64,000 bases of DNA from Eledone cirrhosa (lineage: Eukaryota), in NCBI GenBank assembly GCA_964016885.1, contig OZ024760.1, positions 20,150,001 to 20,214,000 of the forward strand. Reading direction: 5' to 3'. Positions 40,871-56,247 of this stretch are shown here, in pieces (the first letter of the stretch is position 1; each line of letters begins with the position of its first letter). A model generated the notes under the pieces. It searched no databases. It saw nothing but the letters and a program-made list of their open reading frames with translations, and had not been told where the DNA came from. A program made the position numbers and the translations under genes.

Positions 40871-41814
40871 ATGGAACTCCTTTAACCATCTTTTGATCTT
40901 ATATTATGTATACTCCAGTCCTACAAACTGTAGAGTGCTTCTTATCCGATATCTGCATTGCTTTATTGTACTACAATAAAACTCACCTCCTACATATATA
41001 TATATATATATATATATATACGCTGGTATGGACATGTGATGCGTATGAAGGATGACAGCTGCATAAAAAGGTGCAGAGCACTAGAAGTTGATGGAAACCG
41101 CGGAGTGGGGAGACCCAAGATGACTTGGGATGAGGTTATAAAAGCCGACCTTACCCAACTACACCTCTCAAAGACAATGACACACGACCGTGACTTCTGG
41201 CGTCACGCAGTAATACAGGGTACCCGACCTCCCATGGGTACATGCTGAAGCATATAAACAATATGCCCCCACTCCCCCCACCGCAAGGTGGTCGTGGAGG
41301 TGCCACGGCAAAAAAGCACCCAGCCCACACTGTAAAGTGGACGTGTAGGCGCCACGAAAAAGCACCCAGCACTCACTGTAAATGAGGTTGGTGTTAGGAA
41401 GGGCATCCAGCTGTAGAAATCAAGCCAGATCAGTTCCTGTATGAGCAAGGCATGGTCAGCCGACCAGACACTGCCCACAACAGGACAACCCGTCTAACCC
41501 ATGCTAGCGTGGAAGAACGGACGTAAAACGGTGATGATGATGATGATGATGATATATACTGCAGTACAAATTTGGTATAAATATCCAAGGGCACTCAGTC
41601 CACAGGAGAAGTTAAGTATAATTATATATTTATATATAAAACAAAATGTACACACACATATATATACACATATACACATATACACACACATATATATACA
41701 CATATATATATATGTGTGTTGGGGAGGTGTAAGTAGGGATAGGAAATGAAATACACCAAGAGACACATAAATCAGCAGTCCTCAAAGACATTGGGAAAAA
41801 CCACATAAACTTTA

Positions 41815-43535
<1,721 letters not shown>

Positions 43536-43814
43536 CTTAACCTGTTTTTTTTTCTGGGGATTTTTCTTTGATGCCAGCTGGAGATATTTCAGTTTGGGGA
43601 ACATTGTTGTTGTTGTTGATAGTGTGGGGGGGGGGTATAAATATATATATTCTTTTAGTTGTTCCAGCTGATGGGCTGGGACCATGCTGGGGCACTGTTG
43701 CCTTTCATCCTTATGGGGTCGATAAAATAAAGTACCAGTAATGCACTGGGATAATTGCTGGCCTTGTGCCAAAAGTAGAAACAATTATTATTATTTGTAT
43801 ATATCTCTCTATAT

Positions 43815-43861
<47 letters not shown>

Positions 43862-44112
43862 CATACACATGCACACATACACACACACATATATATTCTT
43901 TTAATGTCTGCTTTCCCTGCTATAAATATACATATTTGTGTTTGTGTATGTATATATACATATATATGTGTGTGTGTGTGTATGTGTGTATATATATGTG
44001 TGTGGCACCATGGACGGGATTTTACATATCTATCAAATCTATCTAATTTATCTATCTATCTATATCTATATATGTATACATACATAAATATATATATATA
44101 TATATATACATA

Positions 44113-44154
<42 letters not shown>

Positions 44155-44162
44155 TTTATATA

Positions 44163-44231
<69 letters not shown>

Positions 44232-44240
<9 letters not shown>

Positions 44241-44665
44241 ATATTAATAAATGGAAACTATATTTATAAAACCATAATTATTTTATTATATATATTTCAA
44301 GGGCAACCAACGTAAATTATGGTGCGCTTTCATCAGATAAAATACAGATTTGTTTTATAAATAAATATTGACATACCCGGAAAAAAAGACAACCTCAACG
44401 GTTGAAATTTGCTAGATCCCGCGAATTTCTGGGTATGTTAATATTTATTTATAAAAAAAATCTGTATTTTATCTGATGAAAGCGCACCATAATTTACCTT
44501 GGTCGCCCTTGATATATATATAATAAAATAATTATGGTTTTATAAATATAGTTTCCACTTATTAATATATTGTATATTTACTCCACTAAATTGTTGAGTG
44601 CTTTATATCAGTTATAAAAATGTTTAAGCTTGTTGAATCCCAACAAATTAAATATAACCTCTGCA
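44232..44665 (+). mobile_element. Fold-back hammerhead element (family A)
   Basis: Arms ~44232-44380 / 44430-44577; tail shared with 37120-37210, 46815-46900 and 22363-22460. Confidence 0.8.
44279..44345 (-). ncRNA. Minimal hammerhead ribozyme (family A)
   Basis: TATTTTAT CTGATGA aagcgcacca..tggttgccctt GAAA TATATA TA^ATAAAAT. The partner arm at 44465-44530 has GAAA changed to GATA. Confidence 0.8.
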
Positions 44666-44797
44666 TATATATATATACATATATATATTTATATTTATAT
44701 ACATATATTTATATATATATATATATTTATATTTATATACATATATTTATATATATATATATATTTATATACATATATTTATATATATACATATATT

Positions 44798-44828
<31 letters not shown>

Positions 44829-45235
44829 ATCATCATCATCATCATCATTTTACGTCCGCTCTTCCCTGCTTGATTCTAAATGTTTATCTTGTATCTGATG
44901 AAAGCCCATTTATTTCAAATATGAAATGGCACAGAATTCCAGAATTCCCCGAAGTCTATTTTGGAGATGAAGTATTTTCCAAACTAATCTGATTTCCATT
45001 CCTTCCCCTCATCCATTCCACCAGAGCCTGGAAGGGGTTTTTTCATTCATAATCCCTACATGTTGCACCCCCTCCATTCCACTGGAAGAGGCTTTTTATT
45101 AATAATTCTTTACATTTCAGACACTAGTCCTTCATCAGGAGATAAAATGAGAAATAAAAAATGAAATAGAGAGAAGAGGAAGGAACAGGAAAAAATGTTT
45201 GAGAAAAAAAACATATATATATATATACATATATA

Positions 45236-45810
45236 TTAGATATTTGTCACCAAAACTATGTCGTCGGCAAATTCAGCATCCGATATCTTTTTCGCCTTGA
45301 CTCTCCTGCTCTGAGCTGGTGTTACAGTAAAGCCAGAGTCCTGGTGTTTCTCCAGTGCAAGGCACATACAATAGTCCACTACGATGATAAAAAGGTAGGG
45401 AGCCAATGTATCTCCCTGGAGCACTCCAGCCAATATCTCAAAGAACTCTGTCATCCCATCAGGTGTAATGACTTGGGCTTTGGTGTTGGTGTAGAGCAGT
45501 GATATCAGGTCCACTATCTTCAGAGCTGTATGGGAGCCTCCCAAAAGTCAGCTCAAAAGTGACACAGAGGAGACTGAGGTTAGCTGGACATGCTCATCGA
45601 CATCCAGAGTTGACACTGCACTCAGGGCTCCTGTGGGAGCCTCTGCATGGACACACTGGAAGAGGAAGACCAAGGTTAACGTATGTTGATGCCCTAAGGA
45701 CAGATACTGGTCTGTTGGAGACGCAGGACATGGCAGCGATAATGAGGGACAAAGACCGCTGGAGAGAACTCGTACATGGATCTTGGGAATTTTACCCGCC
45801 CTAGATAGAT
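45236..45810. mobile_element. RTE-group LINE fragment with internal inversion
   Basis: Minus strand: RT motifs GVLQGDTLAPYLF and FADD. Plus strand: RRLRLAGH..GRGRP to the stop codon. Confidence 0.85.
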
Positions 45811-45865
45811 TCTACGAAGCAGACTTTCCTAATAATTACATATATATATATATATACACACAGAC

Positions 45866-45897
<32 letters not shown>

Positions 45898-46158
45898 ATA
45901 TATATAGAATATGTATATCATTCATTTCATTTTACGTCCGCTTTTTCCCTGCTTGCAAGGGTGGGACGGGAACTGACACTGGCTTGATTTCTACAGCTGG
46001 ATGCCCTTCCTAACAGCAACCTCACTTACAGTGAGTACTGGGTGCTTTTTTGCAGTGGAATGATAGGGACCTCAGTCCCTATCATCTCATTTCTACAGCT
46101 GAGTAAACTGGAGCAATGTGAAATAAAGTGTCTTGCTCAAAGAAACAACACACATATA

Positions 46159-46570
46159 TATATTAATAAGAGGAATTCCAACTTTGTCTGATTTACTTGT
46201 TTTATTTACAATCCTTTAAAATTTATAATGGTATTATAATGAAATAGTATGATAGAATATTAAATGTTAAGTGTTAATTGAACAAGTACTTTCATGCTTT
46301 CGCAATCTTCCGGTTCATAATGTGTGGTGACAGTCAAGTTTGCAATTTTCAGCTGTGCAAACTTGACTGTCACCACACATTATGAACCTGAAGATTGCGA
46401 AAGCATGAAAGTACTTGTTCAATTAACACTTAACATTTAATATTCTATCATACTATTTCACTATAATACCATTATAAATTTTAAAGGATTGTAAATAAAA
46501 CAAGTAAATCAAACAAAGTTGGAATTCCTCTTATTAATATAATCTTCTATACACAATCATACACACCCGT
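46159..46570 (+). mobile_element. Fold-back hammerhead element (family C)
   Basis: ~185-bp near-perfect arms (46159-46541), ~10-nt loop, short tail. Confidence 0.8.
46383..46421 (+). ncRNA. Very compact 39-nt hammerhead ribozyme (family C)
   Basis: TGAAC CTGAAGA tTGC-GAAA-GCAt GAAA GTAC TT^GTTCA; GNRA loop II and palindromic AAGTACTT. Confidence 0.75.
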
Positions 46571-46946
46571 GTATATTTATCTATCTATCTATATATATAT
46601 ATATATAGATATACTTTAACTTTAATTATATCTCATAAAATAATACAACTGGCTTTTCCACATTATACATATTGTTAGCACCCCAAACACTTAAATTGGG
46701 TTTATATTTTAATATAACCTAATGTTTGTTGAGTGAGATGGTTACCAGTCAGAGTTTAGCTTTAAACTATCTCTGTTATTGTATTAAATATATATATATA
46801 TATATATATAATATATGCAAAAGTTTTATTTAAAATTGTTGGGTTACAACGAGTAAATATTTTATAACTGATATAAAGCACTCAACAAGTTTTGGAGTAG
46901 ATATACGATATTAAACAAATGGAAACTATATTTATAAAACCATATT

Positions 46947-47012
46947 TATTTCATTATACATATTTCAGGGATACCATATTAAAAATATGGTATGCCTTCT
47001 TCAGATAAAATA
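46947..47012 (-). ncRNA. Minimal hammerhead ribozyme (family A variant)
   Basis: TATTTTAT CTGAAGA aggcATACCATATT-ttt-AATATGGTATccct GAAA TATGTA TA^ATGAAATA. Confidence 0.8.
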
Positions 47013-47158
47013 CAATATATAAGCAGTTTTATAAATAAATTTGACGTACCATAAATATTGATCAACTTCCATTTAAAACTACCAAACCAACTTTTTAAAT
47101 GGAAGTTGATCAATATTTATGGTACGTCAAATTTATTTATAAAACTGCTTATATATTG

Positions 47159-47224
47159 TATTTTATCTGAAGAAGGCATGCCATATTTTTAATATGGTAT
47201 CCCTGAAATATGTATAATGAAATA
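47159..47224 (+). ncRNA. Minimal hammerhead ribozyme (family A variant), inverted arm copy
   Basis: CTGAAGA at 47167, GAAA at 47205, ATA^ at 47216. Confidence 0.8.
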
Positions 47225-47904
47225 AATATGGTTTTATAAATATAGTTTCCATTTGTTTAATATCGTATATATAATATATATATATAAATATATATGTGTG
47301 TATATATATATAGCTAGCATATGTATATATATATATATATATACCACCACCACCACTGATAACTAGTCCAGGAACACCTGCAGTTTTCACCATGACACTA
47401 TTAAAATAGTTGAAATGTTGTCCTGATAAAACCCTACCTTAATCATCAGATAGTTCAGAGTTTATCAAATTCTGTTGCAGTTATCATTATTGATTGGTGG
47501 GGTGGGGCTGATTTAATTGACTTTCCTCCCTTTCCCAGAATTGCTGGCTTCTGCCTAAATCAGAACCCAATATGTGTACTACACTACTGTCCTTACCAGC
47601 GTCTTTAATGTCTCCTTAATGTGAGCCCTATGGGGCTAATAAAGAAAGCATTCTGATTACAATTCATGTGAGAAATGTTATCTTGTAATGGGTTAAGGTC
47701 TCATATAATATAGTGAGATTGTCCTTGCAATTGGTAGACAAAACCTCCCTCTAGGGAGAGAGAGGCTTAAAATATCTAAAAATAGCAAGCAAGGGAGGTA
47801 ACTCAGATAGACCTATGTATCTCTTATGTTTCTGTACTGTATTAAGGGTCAGACCGACCAGAGACCTACATTACATAAGTTCCAGTGCTCTACTGTATTC
47901 TATT

Positions 47905-49325
47905 GTAGTCTACTATACCATCTAATTCAGTCTACCATACCATCTAATTCAGTCTACCATACCATCTAATTCAGTCTACCATACCATCAAATTCAGTCTA
48001 CCATACCATCAAATTCAGTTTACCATACCATCTAATTCAGTCTACCATACCATCTAATTCAGTCTACCATACCATCTAGTTCAGTCTACCATACCATCTA
48101 GTTCAGTCTACCATACCATTTAGTTCAGTCTACCATACCATCTAATTCAGTCTACCATACCATCTAATTCAGTCTACCATACCATCTAATTCAGTCTACC
48201 ATACCATCTAATTCAGTCTACCATACCATCTAATTCAGTCTACCATACCATCTAATTCAGTCTACCATACCATCAAATTCAGTCTACCATACCATCAAAT
48301 TCAGTTTACCATACCATCTAATTCAGTCTACCATACCATCTAATTCAGTCTACCATACCATCTAGTTCAGTCTACCATACCATCTAGTTCAGTCTACCAT
48401 ACCATTTAGTTCAGTCTACCATACCATCTAATTCAGTCTACCATACCATCTAATTCAGTCTACCATACCATCTAATTCAGTCTACCATACCATCTAATTC
48501 AGTCTACCATACCATCTAATTCAGTCTACCATACCATCTAATTCAGTTTACCATACCATCTAATTCAGTCTACCATACCATCTAATTCAGTCTACCATAC
48601 CATCTAGTTCAGTCTACCATACCATCTAGTTCAGTCTACCATACCATTTAGTTCAGTCTACCATACCATCTAATTCAGTCTACCATACCATCTAATTCAG
48701 TCTACCATACCATTTAGTTCAGTCTACCATACCATCTAATTCAGTCTACCATACCATCTAATTCAGTCTACCATACCATCTAGTTCAGTCTACCATACCA
48801 TCTAGTTCAGTCTACCATACCATCTAATTCAGTCTACCATACCATCTAATTCAGTCTAACATACCATCTAGTTCAGTCTACCATACCATTTAGTTCAGTC
48901 TACCATACCATCTAATTCAGTCTACCATACCATCTAATTCAGTCTACCATACCATCTAATTCAGTCTACCATACCATCTAGTTCAGTCTACCATACCATC
49001 TAATTCAGTCTACCATACCATCTAGTTCAGTCTACCATACCATCTAATTCAGTCTACCATACCATCTAGTTCAGTCTACCATACCATCTAGTTCAGTCTA
49101 CCATACCATCTAGTTCAGTCTACCATACCATCTAGTTCAGTCTACCATACCATCTAGTTCAGTCTACCATACCATCTAGTTCAGTCTACCATACCATCTA
49201 GTTCAGTCTACCATACCATCTAATTCAGTCTACCATACCATCTAGTTCAGTCTACCATATCATCTAATTCAGTCTACCATACCATCTAGTTCAGTCTACC
49301 ATACCATCTAATTCAGTCAACCATT
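47905..49325. repeat. 22-bp minisatellite (~64 copies)
   Basis: agtctaccataccatcta(a/g)ttc. Confidence 0.97.
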
Positions 49326-50425
49326 ACCATCTTATTTAGGAACAAAGCCAGTAGTTTGAAGGAAAGGGAAAGTTGATTAGATCAACCCCAGTATGTAACA
49401 GGTACTTTAATCTGAGGTCTGTTCTCACCACCTCTGCCCATGTTTTTCGTGGTCTACCTCTACCACGTCTTCCTTCAACTGGCATTTCCTGGCACTTCTT
49501 CACCCATCGGTCATCCTCCATGCGCATCACATGTCCATACCACCTCAGTCTCCTCTCCCGTACACTACATTCTATCCCTCTCAGACACAGCAAATGTTAA
49601 AGGGATAAAGGTGAAAGGCAAAGCTAACCTCGGTGGGATTTGAACTCAGAAAGTAGGGGGCTGTAACTGTATGCCACAAAGCATGTTGACCATTTTGAGT
49701 TCCAGAGAAACACTTCCCATTCCACTAGAAATACTACAAATAATTGAAGTGGTAATTAAACAAATGAGATTGTTAGACTATTACTAGTATTGTTTGTTGT
49801 TGTTACTATTATTTTGTTGTTGTTACTATTATGGTGGCGTGGGTGGGGTTGTGGTGGGTGGAGTGGGGTGTTGGGGTGCTGGAATCATGTTTTATTCAAG
49901 ACTTCAACTTAAACAATGGAACAAACAACAATTAAATTACTCATTTGTTGAATTTTTCCAGAAATTTCTTTCTCACTTGTTTTACGCTCATCTTTCTTTT
50001 ATTTCTATTAACTTACTTTCTTTTTATTCACTTTTAGTGGTCATGTTGGTCTCACGATATAAAGCACCCAGTCCACCCTGTAGAATGGTCAAGTTGGTCT
50101 CACGATATAAAGCACCCAGTCCACCCTGTAAAATGGTTGTGTTGGTCTCACGATATAAAGCACCCAGTCCACCCTGTAAAATGGTTGTGCTGGTCTCACG
50201 ATATAAAGCACCCAGTCCACCCTGTAAAATGGTCCTGTTGGTGAACTCAACCAAAATCACCCAGTCCACCATGTAAATGTGGTTGGTGTTAGGAAGGGCA
50301 TCCAGCTGTAGAAACCAAGCCAGAATCAGTTCTGAATGAGTAAGACATGGTCATCTGATCTGACTTGTCTCAGAACGGGACAACTTGTCTAACCCATGCT
50401 AGCATGGAAAAATGGACATTAAATA

Positions 50426-50457
<32 letters not shown>

Positions 50458-51029
50458 ATATACTTCTTCTTGAGTCATCCCTCCATCAAACATGAAGCGT
50501 TCATTTTGTTTTTTCTAATGACAGAATATATGTGGCTCACCACACCTGCATACTCCTAGATTTCTGAATTAACTGGAGCAGTTGTCTCAACCCATTGTCA
50601 AGTTGATAGTTGATCATTTGTGAAGCCACTGGGGTTCACAACATCAAGGTCATCTATTTAAACTGATGAGTGTCACAAGAGCTATTGATTACTATGATAC
50701 AAGCAGGAATTTTATCATGACTTACTCCTCCAGATTCAACCTGTTCTGCTCGACTATCCTATGATAGCCATATCAGAGACACTTTGATAATATTATTAAT
50801 ATACTATGAATAATAGAGCATGCGTGTTTCATTCACAGTTGTATAAATAAAATTAGAAATTTTTTATAATTCTTACAGAAAATATAAGCACTAATATAAG
50901 CACTTATAATAAATACAATTAATTATTGCTAGTAACCTCATGAATGTAAATAGTTATAATAAATACAATTAATTATTGCTAGGAACCTCACAAATATAAT
51001 GCTCAAAAAATATGATTAAAGTGAGAGAA

Positions 51030-51590
51030 AGAAACAAACAAAAACGACCTTCAATTCACTACCAAGTGTGACAATTGGGTCAACAGAAGATATTGAGGCA
51101 AGCCAACACACTGGCAGCATTACCGCAGATGATGTGATGGTGAGGCTAAGGTGTTCAAACAACCAATCACTCTCATGGGCATTACCTGACGCCCCGGAAA
51201 AGCAAAGTGCCGGCAGGGGTAGGACACTGGAACAACCAGACACCCTCACGTACATCATCTGACACTTCAGTAAGGCAAGGTGATGGCGAGGCTTAGGTGT
51301 TGAAACAACCAAACACCCTCATGAGCTTCACCTGGCACCTTGGTATGGTGAGGTGATAGCAAGGTTAAGCCACTGAAACAACCAGCGGCCCTCACGTACA
51401 TCACCTGACACCTCGGTAAGGCAAGGTGATGTGATAGTGAGGCTAAGGCACTGAAACAACCAGGTACCGTCACCACACGCATCACCTGACATCTCGGTAA
51501 GGCGAGCTACTAATGATGACAAGAACTTCCCTGTCAGGGGGCCAGTTCCACCAAATGTCTTAAATGTCACAAGTTGGAACAAATAGTTAT
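51030..51590 (-). mobile_element. CRE-like (RLE endonuclease) non-LTR 3' fragment with internal tandem duplications
   Basis: TFGGTG..FLSSLVARLTEMSGD..WLFQ.LSLAIT, repeated in ~65-bp units. Confidence 0.6.
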
Positions 51591-51989
51591 TTGATAAATC
51601 CTGGTGCCTCGAGAATATTCCATCAAATTGTCATCTATGTTTTATATCTACTAGATATGATGGTCGTCACGGGAAGATTGTTAGAGGAAAGCAAGTATTT
51701 TGAGATATATGAGATTAAAGATGTGTGGTGTGTGGAGTGGTGTGGAGTGTGTGGTGTGTGGTGTGTGGTGTGGTGTAGTGTGGTGTGGTGTGGTATGTGG
51801 TGTGTGGTGTGTGGTGTGTGGTGGTGTGGTGGTGTGGTGTGTGGTGTGGTGTGGTGTGGTGTGGCATGGTGTGGTGTGTAGTGTGTGGTGGTGTGTGGTA
51901 TGTGTGGTGTGTGATGTGTATAGTGTGTGTGGTGGGGTTTATGACTAAAATAATCACACGGAAAGATTGGTTTGTCTCTGAAATAAAAT

Positions 51990-52700
51990 ATTGAAATTAT
52001 TGTGTACAGTGCTCAGGTGCACTACAACTCATCAAAGGTGCATGTATAGTATATAGAATAATGTACAAATGTTAGGAAAGTGAACAGTGTATGAGTCAGG
52101 ATATACATGTGTGTGTGTGTGGATGGAGGGGGATATCAGGTGTAGTGTTGGCGAATTTCATGAAGGATGGAGGTTTTAAAGGATACAGTGTCTCGGCAGC
52201 TAACAACCGATGCAGGTAGTTTGTTCCATGCTTCAGCAACTCTGAGCATGAAAAAATGTTTCCAAAAGTCATGGGAACTGTGCTGTTTTCTGACTTTGTG
52301 GGCATGTCCACGTGTGTTAGACACATGGAGATCAAAAAGGTGCTCAGGGTTGCTGTTGGCAAGATGGTTAATAATTTTGTGGGTGTTTACCCAGTCCATT
52401 GCCAGACGTTGGAGCATCAATGTAACCATGCCCAGGGAAGCAAGGCATGGTAGATGCCTGATGGAGGGTACTCGCTTGGTTGCACGTCTCTGAACGGTTT
52501 CCAGGAGGTCAATGTTCTGAGCAAGATAGGGGTTCCAGACTGGTGATGCAAATTCTAAGTGTGGCTGCATCTTAGCTATATACAGCTTTAAATAGATAGC
52601 TGGAGAGCGGCTGACAAAGGTCTTGCTGAGTGATGCTAAGGCACCCTTGGCCTTCTTGACAATTTTAGAGACGTGCTTCGTCCAATGCAAATCGCTGTTA
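51990..52700 (-). mobile_element. CR1-clade LINE 3' fragment; a further 3' piece with local duplication at 31105-31440
   Basis: PHLEFASPVWNPY, LETVQRRATK, NTRGH..K, HFF..RV..WNKLP. Confidence 0.88.
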
Positions 52701-53987
52701 TGTCTGTGTGAGTTTGTGTGTGTATGTGTGTCTATCTGCTTGAATGTGTATATGTGTCTATGTATGTACTTGTATATGTATGTATGAGTGTGTGTACTTG
52801 TATATATATGTGTGTGTGAGTGTGTGTGGGTCACGGACATCATATAGAAACTGGTTACAGGATTTTAACCATGTTTCATTTAGTTGAGATAGAGACAGAA
52901 ACATTGTGATAGAGAGAGTTAGTGATAGAGAGATAGTGATAGAGAGGGAGAGAGAGAGAGGTAGAGAGAGAGGTAGAGAGAGAGAGAATGATAGAGAAAG
53001 AGAGAGAGGGAGGTAGAGAGAGAGAGAGAGAGAGAGATAGAGCAATAGAGATATATATAAGGAGAGGTAGAGAGAGGTAGAGAGAGATAGAGAGAGATAA
53101 AGAGAGAGAGAGAGAGACCAGCTCACTCAATGTACTTGAATTCTGCTAACCATGACTGATAACATTCCCTAAAATTACACTTTTTTCATTGATAAAATTA
53201 TATATGATATATACACATACAGACACATGGATATATATGCATATATACACGCACATATACACACACATACACATATATATACACACGCACATAACACACT
53301 CCCATTCCACACCTAAATTAAATGTTCCAATTTTCTAAAAAAATTTAGTGAGTAAACTTTATGATGTTTGGGTTTACCTATTCACCATTTTGGTACCAAC
53401 ACCAACCCAAAACAACCCCTATTTCTATGAAGTAACCCCCTATCTCTGGTTCTATGAAGTAACCCCTCCCCCATCTCTGGTTCTATGAAGTAACCCCCCC
53501 ATCTCTGGTTCTATGAAGTAAACCCCACCCCATCTCTGGTTCTATGAAGTAATCCCCCCCATCTCTGGTTCTATGAAGTAACACCCACCCCACCCCACCC
53601 CACTCCTATCTGGTGAGGGTGATGGTGGTGGTTGTGGTGGGTTGTAGGCGGTGGTTGTTTTGGTGATGGTAGGGGATTGTGGTGGTGGTTGTGGTGGCGG
53701 TGGGGTTATGGGAAACCAAAATCTTTTTAAGGGTTTAGGGTCTGAAAAAGACTAGTTTGACCCTGGCGAGAGCACATCACATGAGATACACCACCATATG
53801 CCCCCTTCCAACAGGGGAGGCTCCGTTAATCACAAGTTTTCCCAGATTTTTTTTTTTATGTTGTTTCGCAAATTCAAATTTTTTGGTTGTTTCCTCTGAA
53901 GAGATAAGATGAGATTAAATGAGATATTTAATCACCAAGTTAATGTAGATGTCGTTGCTGTGATTAGAATATATTAACGACAGTAGT

Positions 53988-54176
53988 ATGGAGGATTGGA
54001 AGTACGCCATCACCAGACTTTATATAGACATATATGATAAGAAACAAATATGGGAGTTCTTGAGGTTAGCTTCCTCCTCTACAGAAGGGTTTCCCCACCT
54101 TGGAGATTTCATATCTTTCATGGCCGATGAACAAATGGACGATTTGGAAACTGTGGCTAGCATATGTGACTTTTAG
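53988..54176 (+). CDS. Unidentified 62-aa ORF or possible terminal exon
   Basis: Non-repetitive, protein-like composition (MEDWKYAITRLY...FPHLGDFISF...ICDF*); only weak upstream AG acceptors; no family recognised. Confidence 0.3.
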   Translation: MEDWKYAITRLYIDIYDKKQIWEFLRLASSSTEGFPHLGDFISFMADEQMDDLETVASICDF

Positions 54177-55078
54177 TCTTCTTGTTGTAACTTTTAGTCT
54201 TCTTCTTGTTGTGACTTTTAGTCTTCTTCTTGTTGTGACTTTTAGTCTTCTTCTTGTTGTGACTTTTAGTCTTCTTGTTGTGACTTTTAGTCTTCTTCTT
54301 CTTGTTGTAACTTTTAGTCTTCTTCTTGTGACTTTTAGTCTTCTTCTTCTTGTGACTTTTAGTCTTCTTCTTGTTGTGACTTTTAGTCTTCTTCTTGTCA
54401 CTTTTAGTCTTCTTCTTGTTGTGACTTTTAGTCTTCTTCTTGTTGTGACTTTTAGTCTTCTTGTTGTGACTTTTAGTCTTCTTCTTGTTGTGACTTTTAG
54501 TCTTCTTCTTGTTGTGACTTTTAGTCTTCTTCTTGTGACTTTTAGTCTTCTTCTTGTTGTGACTTTTAGTCTTCTTCTTGTTGTGACTTTTAGTCTTCTT
54601 GTGACTTTTAGTCTTCTTCTTGTGACTTTTAGTCTTCTTGTGACTTTTAGTCTTCTTCTTATTGCGACTGTTAGTCTTCTTGTGACTTTTAGTCTTCTTG
54701 TGACTTTTAGTCTTCTTCTTATTGCGACTTTTAGTCTTCTTCTTGTTGTGACTTTTAGTCTTCTTGTGACTATTAGTCTTCTTGTTGTGACTTTTAGTCT
54801 TCTTGTGACTTTTAGTCTTCTTCTTATTGCGACTTTTAGTCTTCTTCTTGTTGTGACTTTTAGTCTTCTTGTGACTATTAGTCTTCTTGTTGTGACTTTT
54901 AGTCTTCTTGTGACTTTTAGTCTTCTTCTTATTGCGACTTTTAGTCTTCTTCTTGTGACTTTTAGTCTTCTTGTGACTTTTAGTCTTCTTGTTGTGACTT
55001 TTAGTCTTCTTGTTGTGACTTTTAGTCTTCTTCTTGTTGTGACTTTTAGTCTTCTTCTTGTTGTGACTTTTAGTCTTC
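54166..55078. repeat. gtgacttttagt(ctt)n(gtt) variable-unit minisatellite
   Basis: Unit lengths differ by triplets; the array starts inside the last codons of ORF 53988-54176. Confidence 0.95.
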
Positions 55079-55577
55079 TGTCTTGTTGACAGCTCTAATT
55101 ATGAGATGTCCTCTCCCAACCTTAGTTGTTGTAACCAACTCACGGTAGCGTGGGGGATTGCTAGTAGGGAAGATGGATGTTAAATGATGATGATGATGAT
55201 AGTGGTGGTTGTCATGATGATGCCAATGATGACAATGATGGTGATATCACTGATGATGTTGACGATGATGATGGAGGGGATGATGATGGTGATGACGATG
55301 GAGGTGATATTGTCAGTAAGTCTCTCCTTCAAACTCCAACTTTGTATTTTCAGGTGTTTTTGTCTTTCTTCTATCTTCAAATTATTCTTGTCTGGGAATT
55401 TCTTTCACCTACTTTCCTGTATCAGTGTATATATATATATATATATACATACATACATATATATATATATACATATATATATGTATATATATACATATAT
55501 ATATGTATGTATGTATGTATGTGTATTGATAGATAGGTAGATATAGATAAAGATCTGTATCTATATATGCATATATA

Positions 55578-55672
<95 letters not shown>

Positions 55673-55699
55673 ATATATATATATATATATATATATATA

Positions 55700-55741
<42 letters not shown>

Positions 55742-56247
55742 CATATATATATATAAAACACATATATATATAAACATATATATATACACATATACATAAA
55801 TATATACATATATATATATATATGCATATATATATGCGTGTGTGTATACATTATATATATATCCTGTAATCTACTTATTCCAAGAAGTTATCAGCTCCTA
55901 TTATCCTATCATCTCTCTCTCTCTCTTTCTCTTTCTCCCTCACACACACACGCCTTACCAAAAATACAACAGGACATTATTGCCAATATTTTGATAGCTT
56001 TGTTCCAATGGTAGTACCTGGTAATACCAGGTAGTACCTGGCCTGTATCCAACCACTTTGCAGTGGAATGATATGGACCCCAGTCCCTATCATCTCATTT
56101 CTACAGCTGAGTAAACTGGAGCAATGTGAAATAAAGTGTCTTGCTCAAGGAAACAACACATCACCCAGTCTGAGAATTGAACTGACAACCTCTCGATTGC
56201 AAGGCCAATGCTCTAACCACTAAGCCATGTGCCTCCTTATATATACA

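Larger units (their letters stand above)
40565..40993 (+). mobile_element. Fold-back hammerhead element (family B)
   Basis: Near-perfect ~160-bp arms (40565-40907) plus ~85-nt tail, with (TA)n on both sides. Confidence 0.8.
46815..47270 (-). mobile_element. Fold-back hammerhead element (family A), tail on the left
   Basis: Arms ~46902-47078 / 47093-47269. Confidence 0.8.

Noticed and set aside
40565-40993. Ordinary Tc1/mariner MITE interpretation of the palindromes
   Set aside because: The asymmetric conserved tail, variable fold-back centres between copies and embedded hammerheads fit Penelope-type retroelements better, though MITE origin is not fully excluded.
50655-50700. Isolated CTGATGA box (also at 44895)
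   Set aside because: No properly placed GAAA or helices could be built.
54100-55089. 329-aa VTFSLLL ORF and basic antisense frames
   Set aside because: The frames stay open only because units vary by CTT/GTT triplets; no credible start or splice context.
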